From Octopus sinensis (taxonomy: Eukaryota), in NCBI RefSeq assembly GCF_006345805.1, contig NC_043007.1, forward strand, positions 9,486,001 through 9,550,000: a stretch of 64,000 nucleotides of DNA, in the 5' to 3' direction. Shown here piece after piece: positions 51,494 through 64,000 of the stretch. The stretch's first letter is position 1, and every line of letters begins with the position of its first letter. Below the pieces are notes generated by a model, which saw only the letters and a list, made by a program, of their open reading frames with translations, searched no databases and was not told where the DNA came from. Both the position numbers and the translations under genes were made by a program.

Positions 51494-51919
51494 ATATATA
51501 AATATAAATACATATATATACAGAGAGAGAGAGAGAGAGAGAAACAGACAGACGGACGGACGGACGGAGAGCCAGAGCTACCTATACATAGATATACATA
51601 CAAATTGTTTTGTCCTGTTTTATCTCAGATTTTCTTTCTTCTGTCTCTGCCCTATCTCTCTCGATTTTTTTGCTATCTCTCGCACTTTCTCTCTCTCCCT
51701 CACTCTCTTTCTCTGTCTCTTTCGCTTTTTTATCGCTATCTCTGTATGTATATGTGTGTGAGTGTTTCTGTACATGTGGAGATATGAATGTGTATGTATG
51801 TTTTTTTATATGAGGGCGTAAATTGAAGGCTATCCGGCACAAATAAGACATAGAATAAAATGAAAGTTCTTCAAGGTGGTGCTCCTGTATGGCCACAGTC
51901 TAATGATTGATACATTCAA

Positions 51920-52700
51920 AATATAACCCCCATCGTTAGCAATTACATTTTCTCACCTCGAAACCAGCTTTCTGACTCCTTTGGCAATAAACCAGGCCTT
52001 TTAGGAAAAAAGAATATTTGGAATGCCGTTTCGACATCGCCACTACTTCTGAATGTTTCTTCAGTGTAAAATGTACTGATAAACTTAAGAAGTAAAAATT
52101 TGATGTTGCTAAATCAGCTAATTAAGCTAATTAAGGTGATGTAGAGCTTCCTAGCATAATTTTGTTATCTTTTTTGCGTTATCTTTGCTGAAGTGTGGCT
52201 TTGCGCCCCTGTGCATTTTCATGGGATAGTCTGATGAGGTACGTTCATGAGGTACGCTTCTGGATAAACTTTCTCAATCTGTTCCAGATGATCTTGCATA
52301 ACAGACCAAGATTTTTTAAGATTCTGGTATAAGTCCCTAATGCTTTGGCACAGATCACGAATAATCCTTAATTGCCGTTTTCAGTACATCAGTATTAAGA
52401 ATGTTAAACCATTTTTGAATGGTAAACCACTAGGATATCCAGTACATGGTTTCCCTTTCACGTGTTCCATGCTTTGTCATATGAAATTCACAAAATATGC
52501 AATGTCGAATATGCAGCTCGTTGAAATCCTTCTATTCCATGGGCTATCAAATAGGGAATATACACACACGGCATGTGTCCACATTAATTTTTGGTCATTA
52601 AGTGTAATCTGATTGGATGATTGCAAGGATGTTTTTTATTGGCTTGTAATCAATTTGTATTACATCAGAATAGTCGATTCAAATACTGCATCACTTTTCG
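51920..52700 (-). mobile_element. Highly decayed mariner transposase
   Basis: ADLATSNFYFL (compare PDLAPSDFHLF) and FIAKGVRKLVSR*ENVIANDGGY (compare FY..GI.KL..RW..VI...G.Y). Boundaries are approximate. Confidence 0.55.
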
Positions 52701-54008
52701 GTTTTCCTATTGTATATGTGTGTGTAAAGTATTCCATCTCGCGTCGTTTCCCTATATTTTAAGGCGTCACTGATACATTTATTCACATAAGGAATTCTGC
52801 CTTTTTGGTAGTTTTTCAGTGACTACACAACATGGTGCCAACATTGGATTAGATTGGATTGAATTGTCTATGCTCAGTCCACTGCAGGACGAAGGTCTCA
52901 GCAGCGTTTTTTTGCCACCATATTGATTTGCTGAACCTACTTTAACACACTGACTCGACTTAGCATCGTAGAGGGAAGCATTTTCTTTTCTTTTCTGCTC
53001 TTAACCAGGGGTAGTTAAGTCTATCACAGTTGACTCCAGTATTAAACTGGTTCATATTTTATAGACCTCCAAAGGATGAAACGCAAAGACGAACGAAATA
53101 CCGTTAAACATTTCACCCGGTGTGCTAACCATTTTGGCAGCTCGCCACTACGTTGCTAATATATCATATAGCATAGTCTTTTCCATTTAATCCTAAATAG
53201 ACAGGATTTGTCCCAATTTGAATCATTTCAATACCATTTAAATCCACCTGTTAATTATTGTAAGATATTAATTAACGGAAATCAATATACAAAATTAGTT
53301 TAATTAAATATTTCACATATAGCCTGAAGTAGATGCCAAAGTTTGTGCCAGAAATAAAACCAGCTTTGAATAACGGTTGTAATCATATTTCTCTGATAAT
53401 AGTTATATAAAATACCTTATAATAGTAAAACAATTGTACGAAAAAGAATTAACTAGATTAAATATATTTCCGATATCTGACTGAAATATACACTTAATCT
53501 GATTCCACTGCAATGCTTCAGTAAAAGAACCGATTTTCTCTTACTTTACCACCACGTGAAAACATTTTACAATACAAATTCAAAGTATTCCTATGGCTGG
53601 ACCAAAAGTACAAAGAAACGACACATCCAATCGGAGTCATTTCACGTCTGTCATCCAGTCAAATCACACGTTTAACAGTAAGAAGAGTTTAATCTCATGA
53701 AGTCATATACTGAAATTTTGCTACACAACTTCAAAAAGTTTCAATTGCCGGATCTCAAACGCAAAGAACAGCATCAACAACTTCAGGTTTAGCACACGAC
53801 CAGTGTAATATCCAATCACATCTTACGTTTAATAGTAAGAGAGAGTTTAACCCTAAAGCAGATATACCTGCTGATGAAGATGACACTTGGTATGAGAAGT
53901 TGGTACCGACAACAGTATCTACCAGTGACTAGATTTAAAGTAAGACTACTAGCTGATCTACGGCTAATCCAAGACTGTAGCTCCGTCAAGGAGCTTAGCG
54001 AAAGCAGC

Positions 54009-54046
<38 letters not shown>

Positions 54047-55067
54047 TAATAATTCTAACTGGACCCCCACCTGCAAGGTCATGCGCTGTTTATCTTGATA
54101 TGAGATCACCATGTCACGGACATATGGTTGTGATGCATGAGCCTGGTGTACCCTTATCAGACGGGTAGTCATGATGGGTATACTGGGCTTCGTATATTTT
54201 ACCCCAAGGTCACTTTGATGGCATGCACTGCTCTCTCACTCAATAATAATAATAATAATAATACAGAGTTAAATTCACTGAGCCAACGTCTATTTTATTA
54301 AGACTCACACCTACGTACAACGTTGTGGTTCGACGAAATAAAAAGGCTTTATTAAAATACCTAAATGTATGCGTATTTCCTCCGTTAGAGAGAGAGTGGG
54401 GAGAGGGAGTGGAGAAAAAGAGAGAGGAGAGGGGGAGCTGAAGAGAGATAGACAGACAAAGAGACAGATAGACATTAGACATAAAGATAGTGATAGATAG
54501 ATGGAGAGAGAGAGAGGAGACGTCAGTCAGAGAATGTACATAAAGGCAATATATACGCACATGCATTATAAGAGACAGACATAAGTATAATTCTTACTGG
54601 GCGCATGTACTGTATTCATTTTCGCGATCGCTTTGTGTATCAATACCAGAAAGCTAATTTAATGACATCAATCATTTGTTTATTGTTCAATAGTATTTCA
54701 TCAACGGAGGAAGAAAGAGATAAGTTAAATATTTATGGAATTAAATACGATCATGGTTCTTACAGCCTAAAGGGTAAGACATTGGGGAAAATTTAGAATT
54801 CCGAGTGGTGACAACAAAGTAAACCATGTGCTTCCGACGAATAAACAAACTCCACTACAGGCTTTGAATACTAACTCGATCGCTTGTTTATCCAATACGT
54901 ATGCGTGAATGTGTGTTTACGTTTGTAGTGTACTGTTCCGTTCTGAGTAAGATTTACAAAAAGCATTCTATCCAACGATAGATAAATATTGTTTCATACA
55001 CACTAGCTCACATTTACATCCTGTGTTTCTTAAATGTTATACATATGATATACATATTATTTAACTT

Positions 55068-55159
<92 letters not shown>

Positions 55160-55822
55160 ATATATATATACTTACATACATATATATATACTTACATATA
55201 TATATATATGGATATATATACTTACGTACATATATATATATATATATATATACACAGCAATAAGAAAATGGAGGAGATCTTTTAAACATTATATCATGTC
55301 AACTTATTTATATATTTACAAAAATGACAATTACAAGAATAGACATAAATGTATAACATATGCTTTACATATAAAAATATATTAATATATAAAGATACCA
55401 GTAATTATTAAAATATAACATACAAGAATATAAATTGGGAAATATATATATATATACATATACATATATCTGTGTGTTTGTTGTGCGTGTAGTGCATGGG
55501 TTGGTGTGAAGGCGTATGAGTTAGCGGTTAATGCAGTTTCTTTCATGATCGGGAAGATACGGTTTCGATTCCTAGATCGGGCAATGTATAGTGTTCATTT
55601 CTCGTTGCTCCATTCCACTCAGCTACCGAAAATGAGTAATACCACAATGGACCTGTGCCCAGTGGCAGAATATGATACGGCACACAATCCGAAAAACTGG
55701 CCACATGACTCGGGAAAAAACCTTTGATCCTGTCGTATGTGTGTGTGTGTGTGTATGTATGTTTGTATGATGCATACATATTTATATGTATATGAGAGAT
55801 GGGTATAGCATAACTATATATT

Positions 55823-55895
<73 letters not shown>

Positions 55896-57264
55896 CGATA
55901 GACGAATGGATAATTATAGGTGTGTGCGTTTGTGTTAAGTTTGTCTATGAGTAAGTAGTTCTGTGCTTGAAACTCATACACTTACACAGTGTATGAATTT
56001 GAATGTGCGTGCATATGCGATGTGTGTGTGTGTGTGTGAGTGAGCGTATGTTTGGTTCAACGTATCATATCTGTTATTCACGAATAGCAATTTCTTTGTG
56101 GGAACTTCTATTTTTTGTTGTTGTTTTTTTTTTTACCATTTTCACTACGTTTATTTTTTTGTTGTTTTTTTTTTAAATACAATTTAATGTAGAAAATCTA
56201 TTTGTGTATGCTTGTCCGATAAACTGTCACGGAACATAAAGAGCCGAACTTGATGCCTCTCAATATCCAGCGGGCGTCTCACTTTAATTATGTTCAAACA
56301 ATGCTGAAATTGATGGAAGTTGTCGTTCTTTAAATACTATTAAAATACGCACAAGTAATTGAAACCACAAAACTGTACACATTTATCTGGCTTCAATTCT
56401 TGAGTAAGGTTGAATCAATAATTCTTACTAATTCACCTTAAGCTATTAGCATTGTTTCCATCTTGTAGCTGTTGTATTTGCTGTTGTTATCGTTGTTGTT
56501 GCTGTTGCTGTTGTTGTTGTTGATGTCGGTGTTCTTGTTGCTGTGAATGTTGTTATAATTATGTTTGTGTTTTTAGTTTGTGACTTAAACATGAAATACA
56601 TAACAAGCAATTTTAATTATTGTTGTTGTTGTTGTTGTTGCTGTTGATTGCGTTGCTGTTGTTGCTGCTGCTGCTACTGCTGCTACTGCTGCTTCTGCTG
56701 CTTTTGTTTTGTTCGTCGTCGTCGTTGTTGTTGTTGTTGTTGTTAGAAAACTATTGGCAGAATCAATAGAGTTCGGACAACTCGTGTCCTTGTTCCTATT
56801 TTCGAAATTGCTATTCTGTGGTCAGAAAATCAGTAAATCTTAGGTCAAAAAATGCGATGTGGTGTTATTTTAATTGCCGTCATGTTCTAAGTTCAAATTC
56901 AGCAACGGTTGACATCACTATTCGTAATCCCGTAGATTTTTAGATGCTAAATCAAAACTACCTCTTCGAAAAATATGCGGTCATGTCCGTATTGTACAAG
57001 CCAATGCGTGGGCGGCGGATTTTCAGAATATCAAGAGAACCAAAGAGAATCATTCTCAGGCATTTATTAATTTTTTGCTTTTGTTTTTTTTTTTGTTTTT
57101 TTTTTTTCATCTGAAGAACACCAATCAGGCTATTTTACGATGTCTTGTCGCATGTTTTCGTTTTCACCGGATTCGTCTTTGCTTTCATCAGTCCTGTTAT
57201 CTGTCCTATTATTTAAGATGAAGTACTATGGATAGATCAAATATCCTTTTCTACTTCTCTACTC

Positions 57265-57648
57265 TAGGCACAAGGCCCGAAATTTTGGGGGAAGGGGGCC
57301 AGTCGATTGGATCGATCCCAGTACGCAACTGGTACTTAATTTATTGACCTCGAAAGGATGAAATGTAAAGTCACCTCCGAGGAATTTGAACGCAGAACCT
57401 GAAGACAGACGAAATACTTATTTCTTTAATACCCACAAGGGATTAAACACACAGAGGACAGACAAGGACAGACAAACGGATTAAGTCGATTATATCGACC
57501 CCAGTGCGTAACTGGTACTTATTTAATCGACCCCGAAAGGATGAAACGCAAAGTCGACCTCGACGGAATTTGAACTCAGAACGTAGCGGCAGACGAAATA
57601 CCACTAAGCATTTCGCCCAGCGTGCTAACGTTTCTGCCAACTCGTCGC
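57265..57648 (-). mobile_element. Tandem SINE family B copies (57421-57648 full; 57265-57420 5'-truncated)
   Basis: The family B central domain occurs twice; the copies overlap at GAAATA. Confidence 0.8.
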
Positions 57649-58059
57649 GTTATGGTTAGATAAAATATTACCCTACCCCTACAAAAAGCGTAGATTTATA
57701 ATTATTTAGGATATTATAACTGCTGTTGTTCTATATTAGTATTTTGCTACATATTTGAATGAAATTATTTAAGGAAAACAACAAAAGCTACAGTAAAAAT
57801 CATAACTGTAAACTGAGCATTCGTCTCAGCGAAGTTAGATCGCTTTTCTCTGCCATGCAATCTCACGTAATACCTTAAGAGAAACTGAAGAAGGAAGAAT
57901 CTCCTATTGCATTGCAATACCATAGCGAAATCTCCCTGCGTCGCACCTTTCTTTTCTAAAACAAAGAAAATTACACATTACGCAATGCAGTTCACCACAT
58001 CAAATGAAATTAAAAAAAAGTATGGTTTTATCATGTTTGTGACGTCTTTCTATCATTGC

Positions 58060-58890
58060 TCTGCTTGATCAGAGTCCACAAGTTACTACACAGCAGCATT
58101 AAAAAAGGTTCATCCTTGAGGAAAACAGAGAGATATCAATGTTTAATAGAAGTTTTGGCATCGTTTTGAAGTTATGCATTTGGGTTTTGCAGAGGACTTG
58201 GTGTTACTAAAGTCCGTTGGAAGTACTCTACAAGACATGGAAGATAGTCCATTCAGTTTGAGGGTAAAAGCAGGGCTGGGGATTAGCGCTGAAAAGACTG
58301 AAGTCGTGTTAGCTGGTGGCACCCAAGCACAACTTCTCAATCTGAGACGTGGATAAGTTAAATTATCTCGGAAGCTGTATTTCCAACGAGGATGAAGCAG
58401 AAACTGAAGTCAAGACCTGGATACATGAAGCAATGTCAGTATATTCAAACGCCTTCGTCAAATATGCTGATCGAAAACCATTAGAAAGAATATAAAGCTG
58501 CAGCTATACTCAACTGTTAATATACCAACATTCATTTACGCATGGGAAGCCTGCAAGGAGACAGCGGAGGTCTCTCAGTTGATGGACGTGCCCTATCAGC
58601 GCTGCCTAAGTTCCATCATGGGCATCTCTCACCAGGACAGAGTGATAAAGAAAATAGTGACGAAAAGAGAAGGCATGGGACGTTCGCAGGACATGGCGAC
58701 TAAGCGACCAATAGTGTTTTCTGGCCGCAGGAGGGACATGCTACTATCGTTACCCGAGCGGGGAAAAGAGGCCGATAGGAAGACGAAGGAAGATGCAGTG
58801 CAGTGCGTTTCGGGAAGATATGATAGCGTTGGGAGTTGGTCTGAGTGGAGCCAGGAGAAAGGTGAACAATCGGGATGTCCGTAGAAGTAT
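58060..58890 (+). mobile_element. Decayed RTE-clade LINE reverse transcriptase and downstream region
   Basis: HLGFAEDLVLL (YADD-box remnant), GLGISAEKTEV, KLQLYST..IPTFIYAWE and YQRCLSSIMGISHQDRV. Confidence 0.75.
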
Positions 58891-59035
58891 CATCACCGTT
58901 GTGATCAGAGTACTGGAGGAATTAAGGGCTCAGAGTGAAGAGTATGAGAAAAAGGAAAATGTTTTTGGCAATCATGTTCAATTATAATTTGCCAATCATG
59001 TTTAATTTCAATGTCTGTCTGTCTGTCTCTCTGTT

Positions 59036-59067
<32 letters not shown>

Positions 59068-60034
59068 CTTTTCTCTGCTTCCCCTTCTCTCCTTCTCACT
59101 CTCTCTCTCTTTTCCTCTCTTCCCTTTCTCCCTCTTTCTCCTTCTACCTCACTCTATCCTACTCCCTTTCTCTCTCTATCCCAATGTGTATATTACTAAG
59201 CGAAGCCGCTCACGAGACTGAGTGTGCTTCTCTTGCGTACCACAGAGTCCTCTGCCGAAAGAGCTGAATGTCAAGTTAAACAACTGCGCCTAATCGCCTC
59301 ACTCTGAGAAAAAGAAAGTACGCAAGGAACAGAGATGGACGTGAATGGACTGTTACAGTGAATTTCACTATTCTCCCCCAACTCAGTACTTACGTTAGAG
59401 TGGGAGAATGCCCACAATAATCTTGAGCCTTGCTATATATATATGCAGAATAAACGTTCCGATGAAGTATTGAAAAAAACAAAGAGCAACAGTAGTACCA
59501 ATATTGCCGTTACTGCTGCTACCGCTGGTATTGCTGCTGTTACGGCAGTTCCTATCAGTACCAACACCGCCACCACCATACCACCACCAACAACAACAAC
59601 AACAACAACAACAACAGCTGTTCAAGAATTTGGATCTGGAGATCTCCATTTCCAGCGACTTCGAGGGCCACCTCCCAGTGGTGCTGGGCGTCAATGAAGA
59701 GCCCTCGACTACAACAAGACGACCAAAGTTTTTTTTTTCCAAGGTCTGGGGTCTCCCGCCCATAAGACCTAGACCATCACCCTTACCCATCTTGTTGCTT
59801 AACAACAACAACCAAGAACAACAACACTACTACTACTATAAGTATTACTGCTGCTGCTGCTATTGTTCCTCCTCCTTCTCCTCATCCTCCTCCTCCTCCT
59901 CCTCCTGATCCTACTACTACTACTACTAATATTACTACTACTATTACTACTACAACTACTACTACCACTACTACTACATACTACGGCAACAATAATAGTA
60001 TTACTGTTGGTTTCTGAAGATGATGATAATTTAT

Positions 60035-60129
60035 GTTACCGAACCGGTTAGTTATGGAGACGTAAACACACAAGTACCGGTTCTCAAGAGGTGTTGGGTG
60101 ACAAACACAAGCACAAAGACACACACACA

Positions 60130-60162
<33 letters not shown>

Positions 60163-60316
60163 CACGCTTCTTTCAGTTTTTGTCGCTCAAACCTATTCAC
60201 AAGGCTTTGGTCGGTGCATGGCTATAGTATAAGACACCTGCCCAAGATCCCACGTATGGGCATGAACCTGGCGCCATGTGGTTGGGAAGTAAAGGTCTTA
60301 CCACACAGCCACGCCT
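60035..60316 (-). mobile_element. Diverged SINE family A
   Basis: Head, (CA)n linker and part of the 3' half. Confidence 0.7.
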
Positions 60317-60489
60317 TTCGCTAATAAATACGTTTTATACAAACCTGTCTTGCAGTTGCCTACCTCTATTCTGTTTCATTACACTACATCACAATCAACT
60401 CCGTAATCAAAAGTGAATTCATTTCTTTACCCTTGTGGCAAATTAAAGAGAAAGAAAAAACTAAAAGTGTTAATGTAATTGTGACTTTG

Positions 60490-60620
60490 TTGTTGTTGTT
60501 GTTGTCATTATATGAATATCATCAACAGTAAAATAAATCATCATCATCATTATCATAAATCATTACTATTATTATTGTTGATGTTGTTGCTATTGTTGCT
60601 ATTTGCAGTAGTAGTAGTAA

Positions 60621-60671
<51 letters not shown>

Positions 60672-60979
60672 CAGTAGTAGTAGCAGCAGCAGTAGAAGTA
60701 GTAGCAGCAGCAGAAAAAGTAGTAGTAGGAAGAGGAGGAGGAGGGAGAGGAGGAAGAAAGGGGTGGGTGGGAGGAGGATGGGTGGAGGAGAGAAGAAAGA
60801 GGAAGAGCAGCAGCAGCAATAACAGCAACAACAGTAATAATAGCGGCAATAGCAGCAGCAGCAGTGAATGGCGTGGTTGCAGTTTCACTATTATTATTAT
60901 CATTATTATTATTATTATCATTATTATTATTATTATAATTATTATTATTATTATTATTAGTAGTAGTAGTAGTAGTAGC

Positions 60980-61012
<33 letters not shown>

Positions 61013-61140
61013 TGTGGTGGTGGAAGTTGTGGTGGTAGTGGTGGTGGTGAATGGTGCTGGTGCTGTTGCTGGTGGTGGTGGCCATATTGCTAGTAGCAAT
61101 AGTAATGGTAGTAGTAACTGCAGCAGCAGCAGCAGCCATA
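60490..61140. repeat. Trinucleotide mosaic: (TTG), (CAT), (TAG), (GAG), (CAG), (TAT), (GGT)
   Basis: Visible directly. Confidence 0.95.
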
Positions 61141-62432
61141 CTTCAACGGAACATTTGCTTTGGACATAAAAAAAGCAAGGGTTAAGGATGTTATGAGGAT
61201 ATTCTATCTCACTAACCTATGTATTCCATAAGGAGTATTAAAAAATAAATTTAATAACTGAAAAAAAAAAATAATAATTGAAAAAAAAATATTAAATAAA
61301 ATCACGACATTTAAAGAAACTTAAATGTTAAACTATAGGTTCGCTAAGGAGGAGAAGATAAAGAGAAGCCTGTTATTCGAAGAATGCCTCCAATGTTACC
61401 ATTCTCCTATGTACGGAAGTTCGATTTGAAACACAGAATCTCTTTTGAAAGAATCTGATTTAATAAATGAACTAACCTCCAGGACAGAAAACCCATTCCA
61501 ATTTTATGACCTTACCCAAACATAACGATAGCAACAGCCATACTCATTTCCAGAGAAACTATGAATGGAATTTTTCAATTAATTTTTTTTTAAAGACAGG
61601 AAGAATTGGAAGTAGAATAACACAGTAAAACAACACAAGCAGAACATTTAACTAAAAATATTAAAACAAATAGAATTTAAAAAGAAAGAAAATAAAATAA
61701 AAAATACGTTTTGGCTTTTTTTGTTCTTAATTTCTTCTGTTTGGTTATATTTTTTAACTCAATTTCAAATAATACTCTAAAATTAATTAGATTTTCTGTA
61801 GAAATTAATTTAAATTATCAACAACTACAAGAAGAATAACAAGCGACACAAGAAGTAGAAAACAAACGTTAGTAATAAAACAAAACAAAGTTGGAAAAAA
61901 AACGAAACAAAAGAACAAAGAACAAAAAAAATTAATGGGTTCACACGCTGACACATGCAATCGCATACCTTCAAGCACATGCGCATACACACATACGCAT
62001 ACACACATGCGTTTGCATACACATTCAAGAGAAATATTAAGAGAAAATAAATTAAAGAAAAAGAAATTTAAAAAATATCGTTTTACAATTTCTAATTCGT
62101 GCTTTCTTGAACACGGTTAGAATTTTAATGTGAAACTCGAAGCCCGAATTGAAATCGTTGCTAGAAAAATAACATATTTCTTAATTAGGCTTCCTCAACA
62201 TCATAGCCCACACTTGAAGAGAGGAAATGAACTTTTAAGGAAGCAGTATAAATTAGATGAACTGTGCATATAGCTCCCACAAAAACCTTGCACCAGTGTT
62301 CATAAATTTACCTCAAACGGTTTGATATATTGCATTTAAATATATATTTATGTTGGTGAGTATGTCTTTACGAGTGTGAATGCGATATATATATGTTCAT
62401 GTATATGTATTTGTATATATATAATATATATA

Positions 62433-62564
<132 letters not shown>

Positions 62565-64000
62565 ATATATTATATTATATATATATATATTATATATACA
62601 TATATATCGTGCTGTGTGGTAGAAGCTTGCTTCCCACCACATGGTTCCGTGTTCAATCCATATTATAGCTGCAAACCGATGAAAACCTTTTGAGTGGATT
62701 TGATAAAATGAAGGTAGACCCTATAGTCTGCTCGATTCAGAAATATTGATATTAGACTGAAACGAGACGTTCGATCTGTACTGTAACTGAAGAAATATTC
62801 TGCAGTTTTTCTGTTCTGTGCCTTTACACTCTCAGTTCGTATCCCATCAGACTCGATATAACCCTTTCTCAAATCTCGCAGTCGGGTAACCTTAGTGTTG
62901 TGATATTTGGTATATTGTAAAGCTTCTATCTTCTCTTTGTTCCTCTGTATCAGTCTGTTTCTCTGTCTGTGTGTCTCTCTGTTTCATTGTCTCTCTCTTT
63001 CTCTCTCACTCTCTTTCTCTATATATGTAAGTATGTATGTCATTAGGCAATTTAACTTCAAGATTTCATGCTAATAGACAAAGAGCCGGTTTCTAACCTA
63101 GATCCAAAGTTCCTTCATTGGAATTTCAGCATCAACAACGGGTTATTTTTGTATGCATGTTTGTATGTATACGTGTAGATTTATATGTTTTGTTTTATGT
63201 ATATCTCATGCATATACTTGCATATCTAGAAATTCTCATATATACTTAAATCATGAAGCTGTAATGGAAACACACGTACACACACACATATTCACACACA
63301 AACACACTCACACACACACACACACATATACGACGTGCTTCTACAAATTTCCCGTTTAGAAATTTTAGTCACAACACATTGATCGTCCAGGAATTATAAC
63401 AGAAGACCTTTGCCCTTGACCAAGTTGTCGCGCAGTGGGATTGAACACAAATCAATGTCGCTACAAAGAGAGCTTCTTAACTACACAGCTATGTCTGCTG
63501 AGAAAATTATCAAGGCTAGAGCTTAAGCGCTTGTACTCATAGTTCTTCCCGTCCCGGTTTCCACTAGTTGAAGTAATCATCATAAATATCATCATCGACA
63601 AGAACAAGATCTCAATGCACTGATTTAGTATATGAGCGCCATTTTGTTGTAGAGTAAACAGAATTAACACAATATAATAAAGACATTGAATGTCTCCCTA
63701 CGAGAAGGAAAAAGATCAATATAAAGAAAACCCTAGAAAAAAAAATTCCTCGTGTATTGCATACAAATAAACACTGGACGTAGAGGGAGTGCCATGTTCT
63801 CAAACTGTAATGATACCGCGTTATAAAAACATTGCCATTGAGAATGAAGGAATGTCAAGCAAAGCGATGTTGTAATTACCAAAATGATTCCAAATTAATT
63901 CTTAGATTGATGGATTTGCAGAGAAAAATAATTAATGTATTACATACGTATTTATATAGGGAAATGTCAATACGTACGCACCACACACAGCGTATACACA

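Noticed and set aside
53668-53850. Two ~25-bp direct repeats 157 bp apart (ACGTTTAA.AGTAAG..GAGTTTAA)
   Set aside because: Only two copies in AT-rich DNA; most simply an old local duplication.

Overview
This is AT-rich eukaryotic DNA packed with repeats, with one 100-N gap at 3389-3488. It is most likely an octopus or other cephalopod intron or intergenic region, which I infer from the SINE families and microsatellite load. No intact protein-coding gene is supportable, and nearly all ORFs in the track are translations of microsatellites. Contents: about 30 tRNA-derived SINE copies from four head types, relics of R4/Dong and RTE LINEs, a Tc1 transposase split by a SINE, a decayed mariner, and two weak exon candidates. 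The most notable signal is a set of non-coding, Penelope/retrozyme-like elements carrying minimal type I hammerhead ribozyme motifs. Two motifs are fully intact (4634-4733 and 6129-6194, both minus strand), and several others from unrelated sequence families are near-intact or decayed. The centrepiece is a 3.7-kb fold-back array (15857-19537) of a ~545-bp unit with one hammerhead motif per unit: about 3.5 units run forward, then about 3.3 run inverted. A 0.77-kb element (5973-6742) repeats the same geometry. All structures were read by eye; ribozyme activity and the reality of the array in the genome still need testing.
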